A stretch of 62,164 nt of DNA from Minisyncoccota bacterium (GTDB lineage: Bacteria > Patescibacteriota > Minisyncoccia > 2-02-FULL-40-12 > IGHO2-01-FULL-4-A), in NCBI GenBank assembly GCA_036517175.1, contig DATDXQ010000002.1:1-62164 (forward strand), read 5' to 3'. The translations under genes and the position numbers were made by a program. Below, piece by piece: positions 37,070 to 46,573 of the stretch. The notes beneath the pieces are model-generated. The model made no database searches. It saw only the letters and a list, made by a program, of their open reading frames with translations, and was not told where the DNA came from. The first letter of the stretch is position 1; the number at the start of each line of letters is the position of its first letter.

Positions 37070-38119
37070 TTAAATAAGTTTTTTTTGAACTTCTTGTGTG
37101 GTTATTCCTATGTGATTTGCCCCTATATCGGTTAACATGCGTCCTCGTGATGTTCTTGCTAGAAATCCTATCTGCATGAGGTACGGTTCGTAAACGTCTT
37201 CTATCGTGTCTTCTTCTTCGGCTATGGCAGCGGCTATTGATTTGAGTCCTACTGGTCCACCATTGAAGTTTTTATGAATTAAAGACAATATTTTGCGATC
37301 TGTTGTATCTAATCCGAGTTTGTCTATGCCTAATAATTCCAATGCCTGGTCAGCAAAAGCCCCGGTCAAAACCGCTGAATCTTGAACCTGTGCATAATCA
37401 CGGACTCTTTTGAGTAATCTATTGGCAATTCTTGGTGTAAAGCGCGAAGCGGAGGCAATTTTCGATAGGGCGTCATTATCTGTTTCTATTTTAAGAAGTC
37501 TAGATGAACGGCGTAATATTTTTTCCATCTCTTCCTTGGTGTAAAAATCCAGCTTATATTGTGCTCCGAACCTTGATCTGAATGGATTCGAAAGTAGAGA
37601 TGTGCGTGTTGTGGCAGCTATTAGAGTGAAACGGGGCAAATTTACTTGTAGGGTTTTGGCAGAACTACCTTTTCCGATTATTATATCAAGGCAATAGTTT
37701 TCCATTGCCGGGTATAAGGTTTCTTCAACGGTTTTGTTTAGACGATGAACTTCATCAATAAACAAAAAATCACCGTCATTAAGGCCTGTCAAAATAGAAC
37801 CCACATCACCAGCCTTCTCTAATGCGGCTCCGGAAGTGATTCTGATTCCAGCACCAAACTCTCTGGCGATAAGGTAGGCGAGAGTGGTCTTACCTAAACC
37901 TGATGGACCATGTATTAATATGTGCTCTAGTGGTTCATTGCGCTTTCTTGCCGCACCTATAAGTATGGATAGGTTTTTTTTGGTGTTTTCCTGACCGATA
38001 TACTCATCAAAAGTGGAGGGCCTTAAAGCCAGATCAAGAACTTGGTCGTCCTGGTCTTGGGGCGCAGTTATTTTTGTGCTCGGATTTTTTGGTGCAATAT
38101 TAGGCAATGGGGTTGACAT
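37070..38119 (-). CDS. ruvB: Holliday junction helicase RuvB
   Basis: Walker A GPSGLGKTTLA, FIDEVHR and sensor motifs. Confidence 0.9.
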   Translation of the reverse strand: MSTPLPNIAPKNPSTKITAPQDQDDQVLDLALRPSTFDEYIGQENTKKNLSILIGAARKRNEPLEHILIHGPSGLGKTTLAYLIAREFGAGIRITSGAALEKAGDVGSILTGLNDGDFLFIDEVHRLNKTVEETLYPAMENYCLDIIIGKGSSAKTLQVNLPRFTLIAATTRTSLLSNPFRSRFGAQYKLDFYTKEEMEKILRRSSRLLKIETDNDALSKIASASRFTPRIANRLLKRVRDYAQVQDSAVLTGAFADQALELLGIDKLGLDTTDRKILSLIHKNFNGGPVGLKSIAAAIAEEEDTIEDVYEPYLMQIGFLARTSRGRMLTDIGANHIGITTQEVQKKLI

Positions 38120-38167
38120 AAAGGCTTTTTATGTATACAATTTAGATAAACTAGGGGTTTTTGTAAG

Positions 38168-38325
38168 CCCTTGTAACCTGTAGGCAATTGAGCTGTTTGG
38201 GTAACATTCTAGTTCAATCGGAGTATTTTCGCAGACGGTTAATTTGGTCCCGACTGGGTTATACCTCGGTATTACTCTACCCCGGGTTTCCTTAAGTCCG
38301 GGTTATTGCCTACAGATTACAAAGG
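38168..38325 (-). ncRNA. Candidate structured ncRNA closed by a 21-bp terminal helix (family unknown)
   Basis: The arms at 38168-38188 and 38305-38325 pair over 21 positions. The two non-Watson-Crick positions are C.A on the plus strand but G.U on the minus strand. Internal hairpins are visible, for example CCCGG..CCGGG. Confidence 0.4.
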
Positions 38326-38344
38326 CCTAGCTATTCACTGATAA

Positions 38345-40012
38345 TTATTCACCTATAACTCTCATAACTTCTTGGATTGATGTTGTTCCATCAATAACCT
38401 TGAGGAGTCCATCCTGCAATATTGTTACCATTCCTTTCTTGGTTGCCAACTCTTCAATTACTGAAATTGCGGGAGAGGTTAAAATTAATTTTTCCATCTC
38501 TTCGTCTATTTCAAAAATTTCGTATACCCCAACTCTCCCTTGATAACCAGTGTTGTTGCACGAAGAGCACTTCTGTGGGTAGAAAATTTCCATAGATTCG
38601 TTAACCGAAACGATCTCTATATTTTGGGGTAGTTTATCTAAATATTTTTTTAATATTTCAAAATCTGGTTTTTTTATAACTTCCTTTTTGCGGCATTGTT
38701 GGCACAATCGGCGAACAAGCCTTTGAGCCATAGTGGCATTAATAGCTGGAGCTATGGTTATTGGTCGGACACCAAGATCAATTAGTCTTGGGACGGCTCC
38801 GGCAGCATTATTGGTGTGGAGAGTCGAAAAAACCAGATGTCCAGTCAACGCAGCCTGCATTGCTGTTTCGGCAGTCTCAACATCTCTTATTTCTCCAACA
38901 AGTATTACGTCTGGGTCCTGTCGGACTATTGAACGTAGACCCCCGGCAAAGGTATACCCAGATTCTGTGTCAACTTGTGTTTGGGATATCCCATCTATGT
39001 GATATTCAATGGGATCTTCAATGGTTATAATTTTTACATCTGGGTTGTTTATGTGCTTTATAAACGCATAAAGAGTTGTTGTTTTTCCAGAACCTGTTGG
39101 ACCGGTGGTCAATATTGCACCGGTAGTTTTATCAAGAAGCTTTTTTATTTGAACAAGGAGGTCTTGGCGCATTCCTAAGTCCTCAAGTCTTTGTTTTATG
39201 GTGCCAGGATCCAGTATCCTCATTACTATATTTTCACCATAAGCTCCCGGCAGAACTGATACGCGAACCTCTATATCAACTTCAGAATGACGTATGGTGA
39301 ATCTCCCGTCCTGGGGGGTGTCATGTATGTTTATCTTGAGTCCAGATAGAATTTTAATTCGTGACAGCAGTCCAGGGTATCCTGTGTTCGAGAATGATAT
39401 AACATCGTTCAAGACACCATCTAGACGGTATCGTAAACGAACCTGGTTTTCTTCGGGTTCGAAATGAATGTCCGATGCCTTTATTTTGAGTGCTCCGGCT
39501 ATGAGTATATCCAGAACCTTTGTTATTGGAATTGAACCCAGCTTATCTTTGAGGTCGGATATATCTTTAATTTGATTTTCGAGTCCAGACAGTTCGTTTT
39601 CGTCTATCTCAACTATTCCATGAAGAGGTTCAGGTTTGGTAGGAGCGTCCTTATACCTTAGCCATGCAAACTCAAGACTTCTTGACGAGACGATTATTAG
39701 GCCATAGGCGTACCCTAATGACTTAAGTCGGCTAAGAACCGACTGTGTTTGGGGATTTTCAGGACTTATAACTGCTACCTTAATGTTTTTTCCAGACTTG
39801 GCTATTACTGCCAATTGGCCTGACCTTGCATCATTTTCGCTAACTAATAATATAGCCGATGTATCTATGGGAAAAGACGAGAGGTCAACATGGGGTAGAT
39901 TAAGTTTTTGGCCAAGTTCTGCAGCCTCGTTTTCTTTCTTTTCAACTTGAATAGAAGAAAGTTTTTCTTCAAGCTCATTTTCCAGATTTTGTGGTTTCGT
40001 TACTTGTGCCAT
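38345..40012 (-). CDS. pilB: GspE/PilB-family type II/IV secretion (type IV pilus assembly) ATPase
   Basis: Walker A GPTGSGKTTT, ..VGEIRD.., and the tetracysteine CxxC..CxxC motif. Confidence 0.85.
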   Translation of the reverse strand: MAQVTKPQNLENELEEKLSSIQVEKKENEAAELGQKLNLPHVDLSSFPIDTSAILLVSENDARSGQLAVIAKSGKNIKVAVISPENPQTQSVLSRLKSLGYAYGLIIVSSRSLEFAWLRYKDAPTKPEPLHGIVEIDENELSGLENQIKDISDLKDKLGSIPITKVLDILIAGALKIKASDIHFEPEENQVRLRYRLDGVLNDVISFSNTGYPGLLSRIKILSGLKINIHDTPQDGRFTIRHSEVDIEVRVSVLPGAYGENIVMRILDPGTIKQRLEDLGMRQDLLVQIKKLLDKTTGAILTTGPTGSGKTTTLYAFIKHINNPDVKIITIEDPIEYHIDGISQTQVDTESGYTFAGGLRSIVRQDPDVILVGEIRDVETAETAMQAALTGHLVFSTLHTNNAAGAVPRLIDLGVRPITIAPAINATMAQRLVRRLCQQCRKKEVIKKPDFEILKKYLDKLPQNIEIVSVNESMEIFYPQKCSSCNNTGYQGRVGVYEIFEIDEEMEKLILTSPAISVIEELATKKGMVTILQDGLLKVIDGTTSIQEVMRVIGE

Positions 40013-40111
40013 TTGTATAACTTAATTCTATCACTCAAATAATTTTATGTTCTCCACATGACAGCAAATATTGGTTTAGCAACATTACAATACCTAAGCA
40101 ATAGATAAAAA

Positions 40112-40159
40112 TGTGGATAACCCCTACAGCTTGACTTAGGTTGATGCTTTTGATATACT
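40112..40159 (+). promoter_or_regulatory. Perfect DnaA box next to a near-consensus promoter
   Basis: TGTGGATAA at 40112-40120. TTGACT (40131), 17 nt, TATACT (40154). Confidence 0.45.
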
Positions 40160-40188
40160 TATGTCTTAAAGGGTGATTTGATAACAAG

Positions 40189-40216
40189 GTCCGCGGGAAA
40201 GGCGGACTTTCTATTT
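40189..40216 (+). terminator. Intrinsic terminator/attenuator about 25 nt downstream of the promoter, upstream of nusA
   Basis: GTCCGC-GGGAAAG-GCGGAC followed by TTTCTATTT. Confidence 0.45.
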
Positions 40217-40295
40217 AAAAGATAATTTTTTAAAATTCTAAAGGTTAAAGTTAATTATTACTTTATACTTTTTCAATTTTAATTTTTAAATAAAT

Positions 40296-41603
40296 ATGCT
40301 GGATACGAAACAATTCATTTCTGCTATAAAACAAATAGCTGAAGAAAAGGGAGTTCCCGAAGACAAGGTGGTAGAAACGATCGAAGCAGCTATCGCTGCT
40401 GCATACAAGAAGGATTATGGCGAAAAAGGTCAGATTATAAGAGCCAAACTGAACCAGGAAACTGGTGATGTTAAGATTACTCAAGTTAAGTACGTCATTG
40501 AAGCTGTTGATGAAGACGACAACATAGTAGGTGAGGTGCCTGATAGACCAGATTTGATTGATTTTGTTCCAGAACGTGAAAGAGAGCCTGCTCCTGTTGT
40601 AAACAAAGAAGTCAAGACTAATGCAGAGGACGATACTAAAAAAATAAAAACAGATACTGGAGAAGAAGCCGAGATAGATGATGGAAAAGTTAAATTCAAC
40701 CCGGAAAAGTACATCACACTCGAAGAAGCTAAAAAAATAAACAAAAAGATAAAAGTTGGAGAGGAGTTAATTATTGATCGCGAATCTAAAACAGAATTCG
40801 GCAGGATAGCCGCACAAACTGCCAAACAGGTTATTATACAAAGGCTTAGAGAAGTTGAGCGCGAGGCGATTCTCAGTGATTTCAAGGGAAAGGAAAATGA
40901 AGTAGTATCCGGTGCCGTTCAGCGTATAGAGGGACGGATGGTTTATGTTGATTTGGGCCGAACAAATGGCCTACTTATACCAACTGAACAGCTTTACCAT
41001 GATAACTATCGTATAGGCCAAAGATTGAGATTTTTAGTCTTGAGAGTAGAAGAGACTAATCGAGGTCCAGTTATTCTTCTTTCTCGTACTCATCCTAAGC
41101 TTGTACTTAAACTTTTTGAATTTGAGGTTCCTGAGATAGACTCCGGAACAGTAGAGGTCAAATCTATTGCCCGAGAAGCAGGTTCAAGGTCCAAAATCGC
41201 AGTAAGTTCTAAGGAAGACGGAGTTGATCCGATAGGATCTCTAGTTGGTCAGAAGGGTGTGCGTGTCCAGACTGTGATAAATGAACTTGGCGGAGAAAAG
41301 ATAGACATAATAGAATGGAGTGAAGACTCAGATAAATTCATAGCCAACGCTCTTTCTCCAGCAAAAATAATTAACATAAAAATATTGGACGAAAATCGTA
41401 AACACGCCTTGGCAGAAGTTGCTGATGACCAATTTTCTTTGGCAATAGGTAAAAGAGGTCAAAATGTCAGATTGGCGGCCAAATTAACAGGTTGGAAAAT
41501 AGATGTTAGGGCGCCTCAAGCCAAACTTACTGCTGAGGAGGCTGAGGTTGGCAATGTGGAGGATTCTGTAAAAAAAGATGTAGTCGAAGAAGAAACCAAA
41601 TAA
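40296..41603 (+). CDS. nusA: Transcription termination/antitermination factor NusA
   Basis: N-terminal ..AIKQIAEEKGV.., S1 and two KH regions (..IGKRGQNVRLA..). It carries an acidic insertion. Confidence 0.9.
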   Translation: MLDTKQFISAIKQIAEEKGVPEDKVVETIEAAIAAAYKKDYGEKGQIIRAKLNQETGDVKITQVKYVIEAVDEDDNIVGEVPDRPDLIDFVPEREREPAPVVNKEVKTNAEDDTKKIKTDTGEEAEIDDGKVKFNPEKYITLEEAKKINKKIKVGEELIIDRESKTEFGRIAAQTAKQVIIQRLREVEREAILSDFKGKENEVVSGAVQRIEGRMVYVDLGRTNGLLIPTEQLYHDNYRIGQRLRFLVLRVEETNRGPVILLSRTHPKLVLKLFEFEVPEIDSGTVEVKSIAREAGSRSKIAVSSKEDGVDPIGSLVGQKGVRVQTVINELGGEKIDIIEWSEDSDKFIANALSPAKIINIKILDENRKHALAEVADDQFSLAIGKRGQNVRLAAKLTGWKIDVRAPQAKLTAEEAEVGNVEDSVKKDVVEEETK

Positions 41604-41613
41604 GTATCTACAT

Positions 41614-42933
41614 TTGAACTTCTCAATTAATAAAATTAAAGACCACGAGGCCGAACTTACTGTAACTCTTGATAAAGAGGATTTGATCTCGTACATAAAA
41701 AAAGCCGAAGATATCTTGGTTAAAGAATATAAGTCTGATGGATTTAGGCCTGGCAAGGTTCCCAAAGATATAATACGAAAGAAAATTGGAGAATCTGTCA
41801 TAAAAGAAGAAGCACTTAGCCTCGCTGTGGAATCAAGCCTGTCTAAATCAATAATAGATTCAGGACTAAGTGTTATAGATCAATCCGATTTTAAAATTAA
41901 AGAAAACTCTCCAGAAAAGTTACTTTATTCAGTTAAACTAGTTATTGTGCCAGAGATTAAGTTGGGAGATTACAAGAATCTCGATGTCAAAAGCGCAAGG
42001 GTGATCGTAACTAAAGAAGAAGTAGACGCGGTGCTTGGTGAAATAGCATTGTCTCGTGTGACACTTAAAGATGTGGAAAGACCGGCACAGCAAGGAGACC
42101 GGGTAGAGTTGGACTTCGAAGTTAAAGATGGAGGTGTTCTTATAGAGGGAGGTAAAAGTGAGAATCACCCGGTAGTACTTGGAGAGAACAAGTTTGTTCC
42201 TGGCTTTGAGCCGGAAATCATAGGATTAAAAAAGGGAGATCAGAAAAAGTTTTCTTTGAAAATTCCAGCAGACTACTACCAGAAGTCGATAGCGGGCAAG
42301 AGCGTAGATTTTGATGTTTTGGTTAAACAGGTTCAGGAAAGAATAATACCCCAGGTGAATGATGAACTTGCTATAAGTTTGGGCAAGTTTGGTTCTAAGG
42401 AAGAATTGGAACAAAACATAATGCAGGGTCTTGTTCTTGAAAAAGAAAATAAAGAAAAAGAAAGAGTAAGACTTCTACTACTGAAACAAATCACTTCGAC
42501 AAGTGAAATTAAACCACCTACCTTGTTGGTGGATAGGCGGCTTGATGGCATGATTCAAGACTTAGATGCGGAGCTTCATCAAAGAGGTATGGAACTTGGT
42601 TTGTATCTTGCTCACGTCAAAAAAACTCAGGATGATTTAAGGCGTGATTGGAAGGATAAGGCTGAAGAGCAAGTAAGATTTGATTTAATTACGAAGTTTA
42701 TAGCCCAAAAAGAAAGCCTTAATGTTGATGAAGATGAAATAGAACAAGAGGCTCAGGCAGCTTTGCAGCAGTATATGGCAATGATGTCTGGTCAGGGTGG
42801 GGGCGAGGCAGGTCAAGATATACTCAAAGACATGGATACTGATAAGTTGCGAAGACGCATAGCAACAGCTCTACTAAATGAGAAGGTGTTGAATTTTCTT
42901 GAGCAGAACAATAACATATCAAAAACAAACTAA
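41614..42933 (+). CDS. tig: Trigger factor
   Basis: ..GFRPGKVP.. and the FKBP-like ..VPGFE.. motif. TTG start. Confidence 0.8.
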   Translation: MNFSINKIKDHEAELTVTLDKEDLISYIKKAEDILVKEYKSDGFRPGKVPKDIIRKKIGESVIKEEALSLAVESSLSKSIIDSGLSVIDQSDFKIKENSPEKLLYSVKLVIVPEIKLGDYKNLDVKSARVIVTKEEVDAVLGEIALSRVTLKDVERPAQQGDRVELDFEVKDGGVLIEGGKSENHPVVLGENKFVPGFEPEIIGLKKGDQKKFSLKIPADYYQKSIAGKSVDFDVLVKQVQERIIPQVNDELAISLGKFGSKEELEQNIMQGLVLEKENKEKERVRLLLLKQITSTSEIKPPTLLVDRRLDGMIQDLDAELHQRGMELGLYLAHVKKTQDDLRRDWKDKAEEQVRFDLITKFIAQKESLNVDEDEIEQEAQAALQQYMAMMSGQGGGEAGQDILKDMDTDKLRRRIATALLNEKVLNFLEQNNNISKTN

Positions 42934-42957
42934 AAAACCGATCACATCGGTTTTTTA
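42933..42957 (+). terminator. Intrinsic terminator after tig
   Basis: AAAAAACCGAT-CAC-ATCGGTTTTTT. Confidence 0.7.
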
Positions 42958-43182
42958 GTTTGTTTTTCTTTTTGGGCTACCAAGAAAATGGTTATTGTTG
43001 TTACCAACAGTTTTCCCTTGCCACCTTGTTAAGTCAGTTTTATTATAAAAATAGTCTTAACTTTCCTGACCGAGGTCAGGGGCGAATGGGGTAAGGTCAC
43101 AGTTCCCTCAGTAGCCTATGTTATGTATTATACACCCATTTTATAGCTTTGTCAATAGCTAGTTTGTGTGTACCCACACTAA

Positions 43183-43560
43183 TTGTTTACTTCTATAAGA
43201 TATTCATATTGGGGCTTGCGTCTAGGCTTAGCAGCCGTTTTTTTGTGGTTTGGTATAGACAAGATGTTCCACCCAGTCTACTGGCTTAATGGTTGGGTTC
43301 CAGATTTTATTGTTTCTATGTTGAGTCGATTCGGCGTTAGTGGTACGCAGTTCATATATATTAATGGAATATTTGAGATACTTGTTGGGCTGAGCCTTTT
43401 GACAGGAGTTTTTAATAAGTTTTTTTCGGTTCTGGCCGTAATCTTTCTAGTTAGCATTTTTGTATTTATAGGATTTAATCAGTCTACGATACGCGATCTG
43501 GGATTAATGGGAGGATTGGTTGCTGTAATCTTTTGGCCCAGTCGGAGGAGTGGTTTTTAA
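43183..43560 (+). CDS. DoxX-family membrane protein
   Basis: Four TM segments and ..LRLGLAAVFLWFGIDK. Confidence 0.55.
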   Translation: MFTSIRYSYWGLRLGLAAVFLWFGIDKMFHPVYWLNGWVPDFIVSMLSRFGVSGTQFIYINGIFEILVGLSLLTGVFNKFFSVLAVIFLVSIFVFIGFNQSTIRDLGLMGGLVAVIFWPSRRSGF

Positions 43561-43607
43561 TATAAACAATTGCAATAGATACTTGGCTGATGTATATTTA
43601 ATTTACT

Positions 43608-44321
43608 ATGGATTCAGAAGTGAGCCCCAAAAAATCTATTATCCCTGAAGTATATGGCCAAATTGTTTTACCAGGAGCTATATTGATAGCTGCTGTTCTT
43701 GTTTCTCTGACTCTTATTTTTACCAGGGGTTCTTCTACTGGAGGAAGCGCCCAAATAGGAGGCGATAATCAACCTGCTCCGGTTGACCTAAAGATCGACA
43801 AGGGAGACTACGTTTTAGGTGACAAGGATGCGAAGGTCACAATAGTTGAGTTTAGTGATTTCCAGTGTCCATTCTGCAGGTCATTTTGGTCTGGTGCTTT
43901 TGCCCAGATAAAGAAGGATTATGTCGACACGGGGAAGGCGAGGCTAGTTTACAGACACTATCCGTTGAGTTTCCATCCTGCGGCTCATATTTCAGCCCAA
44001 GCTGCTGAATGTGCGGGTGACCAGGCTAAATTTTGGGAGATGCATGACAAGATGTTTTTTGAGCAGAGTAAATTGGGTCAAGGTACCATTGAATACGGAG
44101 AGGCAGAAATAAAAACTTGGGCGGCTCAATTGGGACTCAATTCAGGAGATTTTAATCAGTGCTTAGATTCTGGTAAGTACTCCCAGAAAGTTGATGATGA
44201 TTCGGCCTTGGGCTCTGCATCCGGTGTCAGTGGTACCCCTACTATTTTCATAAATGGCCAACGCATTGTTGGTGCCCAGCCTTATGCCACGTTTAAGGCT
44301 ATAATAGACAAGGCTCTATAA
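43608..44321 (+). CDS. DsbA-family thiol:disulfide oxidoreductase
   Basis: N-terminal TM, the CPFC active site, and ..VSGTPTIFING. Confidence 0.75.
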   Translation: MDSEVSPKKSIIPEVYGQIVLPGAILIAAVLVSLTLIFTRGSSTGGSAQIGGDNQPAPVDLKIDKGDYVLGDKDAKVTIVEFSDFQCPFCRSFWSGAFAQIKKDYVDTGKARLVYRHYPLSFHPAAHISAQAAECAGDQAKFWEMHDKMFFEQSKLGQGTIEYGEAEIKTWAAQLGLNSGDFNQCLDSGKYSQKVDDDSALGSASGVSGTPTIFINGQRIVGAQPYATFKAIIDKAL

Positions 44322-44337
44322 TCCTTTAGTAGATAAA

Positions 44338-44377
44338 AAAACAGTCTGGTATTGACACCGGGCTGTTTTTTTATCTA
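44338..44377 (+). terminator. Intrinsic terminator after dsbA-like gene
   Basis: AAAAAAACAGTCTGG..CCGGGCTGTTTTTTT. Confidence 0.6.
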
Positions 44378-44417
44378 AACTATAGCAAGATTTTAGTTTT
44401 AAAACAGGAGATAAGTT

Positions 44418-44768
44418 GTGGTTAAAGGTAAAAAGAACAGGAGAATGAGTCAAAGCCGATTTTTACGAGCTTACGCCGACCTCCTTCTTGCAAAAGATTG
44501 GAGTGCTAAAATTTCCCCCCCAGACGGGGAAATCAGATTAAAAAATAATAAATATAGAGGAGAGTTTTGTTTCTGTCCGGTAACTGCAGTATGTTTTGAA
44601 TTAACCGGCAAATATTTTGAAACCGGTGATTTTCTTGAGGCAGGCAGACATTTAAAAATGTATCACTTGACAGTTTGTAATATTGTTGCTGCGGCAGATG
44701 GTGCCGGGTGGTGCACGACAATGGGAAGTACTCGTCTCAGAATTACTCTGTTGAAACTCAGCAGGTAA
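44418..44768 (+). CDS. Hypothetical protein
   Basis: AGGAG SD before a GTG start. No family recognised. Confidence 0.4.
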   Translation: MVKGKKNRRMSQSRFLRAYADLLLAKDWSAKISPPDGEIRLKNNKYRGEFCFCPVTAVCFELTGKYFETGDFLEAGRHLKMYHLTVCNIVAAADGAGWCTTMGSTRLRITLLKLSR

Positions 44769-44819
44769 ACATTATCGCGCCAGTTGCTCTGGCGTTTTAA
44801 TATAATTTAAATTAAATAG

Positions 44820-46007
44820 ATGAATAAAATAAAAAAGGTATATCTTGATTATGCCGGTACTACACCCATGGATACTCAGGTGAAGAGGGTGATTTTGAGG
44901 TATATGGATGAAAGTTGGGGCAACTCATCTTCTGTTCATGAATATGGTCGCAAGGCTTCTGAACTAATAGATCAATCGAGGATTAAGGTAGCCAGGGTTT
45001 TAGGATGCAAGGATCACGAAATAATTTTTACTGGATCAGGAACGGAGTCAGACAATCTTGCAATACTGGGAATAGCGAGGGCATATAAAAAGTTGGGCAA
45101 TCATATAGTCACCTCTAAGATTGAGCATCCGGCCGTTTTGCAGGCGTGCCGATACCTTGAGGAAAATGAGGGTTTTAAATTAACGTATGTGAGTGTTGAT
45201 TCCAGAGGTTTGGTTAATCCTGATGAAATCTCCAAGTCGCTGACAAATAAAACAATCCTAGTTTCAATAATGTATGCAAATAATGAAATCGGCACTATTC
45301 AACCAATTGCAGAAATTGCAAAAATTATCAAAGAGAGAAGGGATAATAAAAAGACAGTTGGTTTGCGTGTCCCTTTTTTCCACACTGACGCTTGTCAGGC
45401 AGCAGGTGCTTTAAATATAAAAATAAACAACCTTGGAGTCGATTTGATGACATTGAATGGCTCGAAAATATATGGACCTAAGGCGACAGGTTGTCTTTCC
45501 GTGAAAAGGGGGATTAACCTGATACCCATTTTGCTAGGTGGTCTTCAAGAAATGGGCAGGAGAGCTGGAACTGAAAACCAGGCATTGATTGCGGGTTTTG
45601 CTGAGGCGTTGGAATTGTCTGACCAATCTAGGGGAAAAGAGAGCACGAGACTTACAGAACTTCGCGACTATGCCGTATATGAGATCAAAAAAAAAATCCC
45701 TGGCAGTCATTTGAATGGAGATCAGAAAAAACGTTTGCCTAACAATATAAATTTTTCTTTTGAGGGGGTTGACGGTGAGATGTTGATGATTAAGTTAGAC
45801 CAGGCTGGTATTATGGTTTCTACAGGTTCGGCTTGTACTACAACCTCAACAGAGCCTTCCCATGTTCTTGAGGCGTTGGGATTGGGACCAGACTTGGTAA
45901 ATGGAAATATCCGCATAACTCTGGGACGCCAGACAAACAAAAAAGACATTGATCATGTCTTAAAGAAGCTTTATTACATTGTTGGGAAGCTACGCAAAAC
46001 CTTCTAG
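44820..46007 (+). CDS. Cysteine desulfurase (NifS/IscS family)
   Basis: PLP-lysine context NGSKIYGPKATG and catalytic loop STGSACTT. Confidence 0.85.
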   Translation: MNKIKKVYLDYAGTTPMDTQVKRVILRYMDESWGNSSSVHEYGRKASELIDQSRIKVARVLGCKDHEIIFTGSGTESDNLAILGIARAYKKLGNHIVTSKIEHPAVLQACRYLEENEGFKLTYVSVDSRGLVNPDEISKSLTNKTILVSIMYANNEIGTIQPIAEIAKIIKERRDNKKTVGLRVPFFHTDACQAAGALNIKINNLGVDLMTLNGSKIYGPKATGCLSVKRGINLIPILLGGLQEMGRRAGTENQALIAGFAEALELSDQSRGKESTRLTELRDYAVYEIKKKIPGSHLNGDQKKRLPNNINFSFEGVDGEMLMIKLDQAGIMVSTGSACTTTSTEPSHVLEALGLGPDLVNGNIRITLGRQTNKKDIDHVLKKLYYIVGKLRKTF

Positions 46008-46181
46008 CCAGCGATAATCGCAGATTTTGCAAATCAACTCTATATCAAATCCAGAAACTGGCGAAGTGTAATTATCAATTTTTTGTTTGATGTTCCAGAT
46101 GTTTGGCGATTCTAAAACTTGTTTGGATTTGCATCTCGGGCAGAACTTATTATGATCAACTTTCTGATTCCATAGTAACAT
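45990..46181 (-). CDS. Small zinc-ribbon-like hypothetical protein
   Basis: CPRC..(38 aa)..CKIC. It overlaps the nifS-like 3' end by 18 nt. Confidence 0.35.
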   Translation of the reverse strand: MLLWNQKVDHNKFCPRCKSKQVLESPNIWNIKQKIDNYTSPVSGFDIELICKICDYRWLEGFA

Positions 46182-46293
46182 TCCTCATTATAACAAGCAC
46201 TGCGCAGAGAAGGTGTTGATAATTTTTTAATTTGCAAAGGCAATCTAACTTTGATTCAATTGTGCTAGTTGTTTATCTCTGGTAGGAGATTGT

Positions 46294-46479
46294 ATGCCTC
46301 TAACGCTAGAAGAATTGATTGAAATTGCTAGAAAACACAAAATGACCCCAGAAGAAAGAAGGGAACAAGCCATAAGCTTTGCGTATGGTAACCTAAGTTT
46401 AAGCAGCCCTAATATTACAAGAGAGATGGTTGAAGAGGCTTACGAAGAGATTCATGGCCCAAAACAAAAAGCCCAATGA
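46294..46479 (+). CDS. Small hypothetical protein
   Basis: GGTAGGAG SD and a terminator (AAAAAGCCC-AATGA-GGGCTTTTT) directly downstream. Confidence 0.45.
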   Translation: MPLTLEELIEIARKHKMTPEERREQAISFAYGNLSLSSPNITREMVEEAYEEIHGPKQKAQ

Positions 46480-46493
46480 GGGCTTTTTAATTG

Positions 46494-46566
46494 TCCGCCC
46501 TGTTGGATTCGAACCAACGACCTTCTCCTTAAGAGGGAGCAGCTCTACCAACTGAGCTAAGGGCGG
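46494..46566 (-). tRNA. tRNA-Lys (anticodon CTT)
   Basis: Hand-folded: acceptor CCGCCCT/AGGGCGG, D-arm GCTC-AGTTGGTA-GAGC, anticodon loop CTCTTAA, T-arm GTTGG-TTCGAAT-CCAAC. Confidence 0.8.
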
Positions 46567-46573
46567 ATTTATA

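Noticed and set aside
43000-43182. Possible riboswitch or sRNA upstream of the DoxX-like gene (hairpin CCTGACC-GA-GGTCAGG, GGGGCGAATGGGG)
   Set aside because: I could not match it to any known motif or see a consistent fold. There is a single hairpin only. It is left unannotated.
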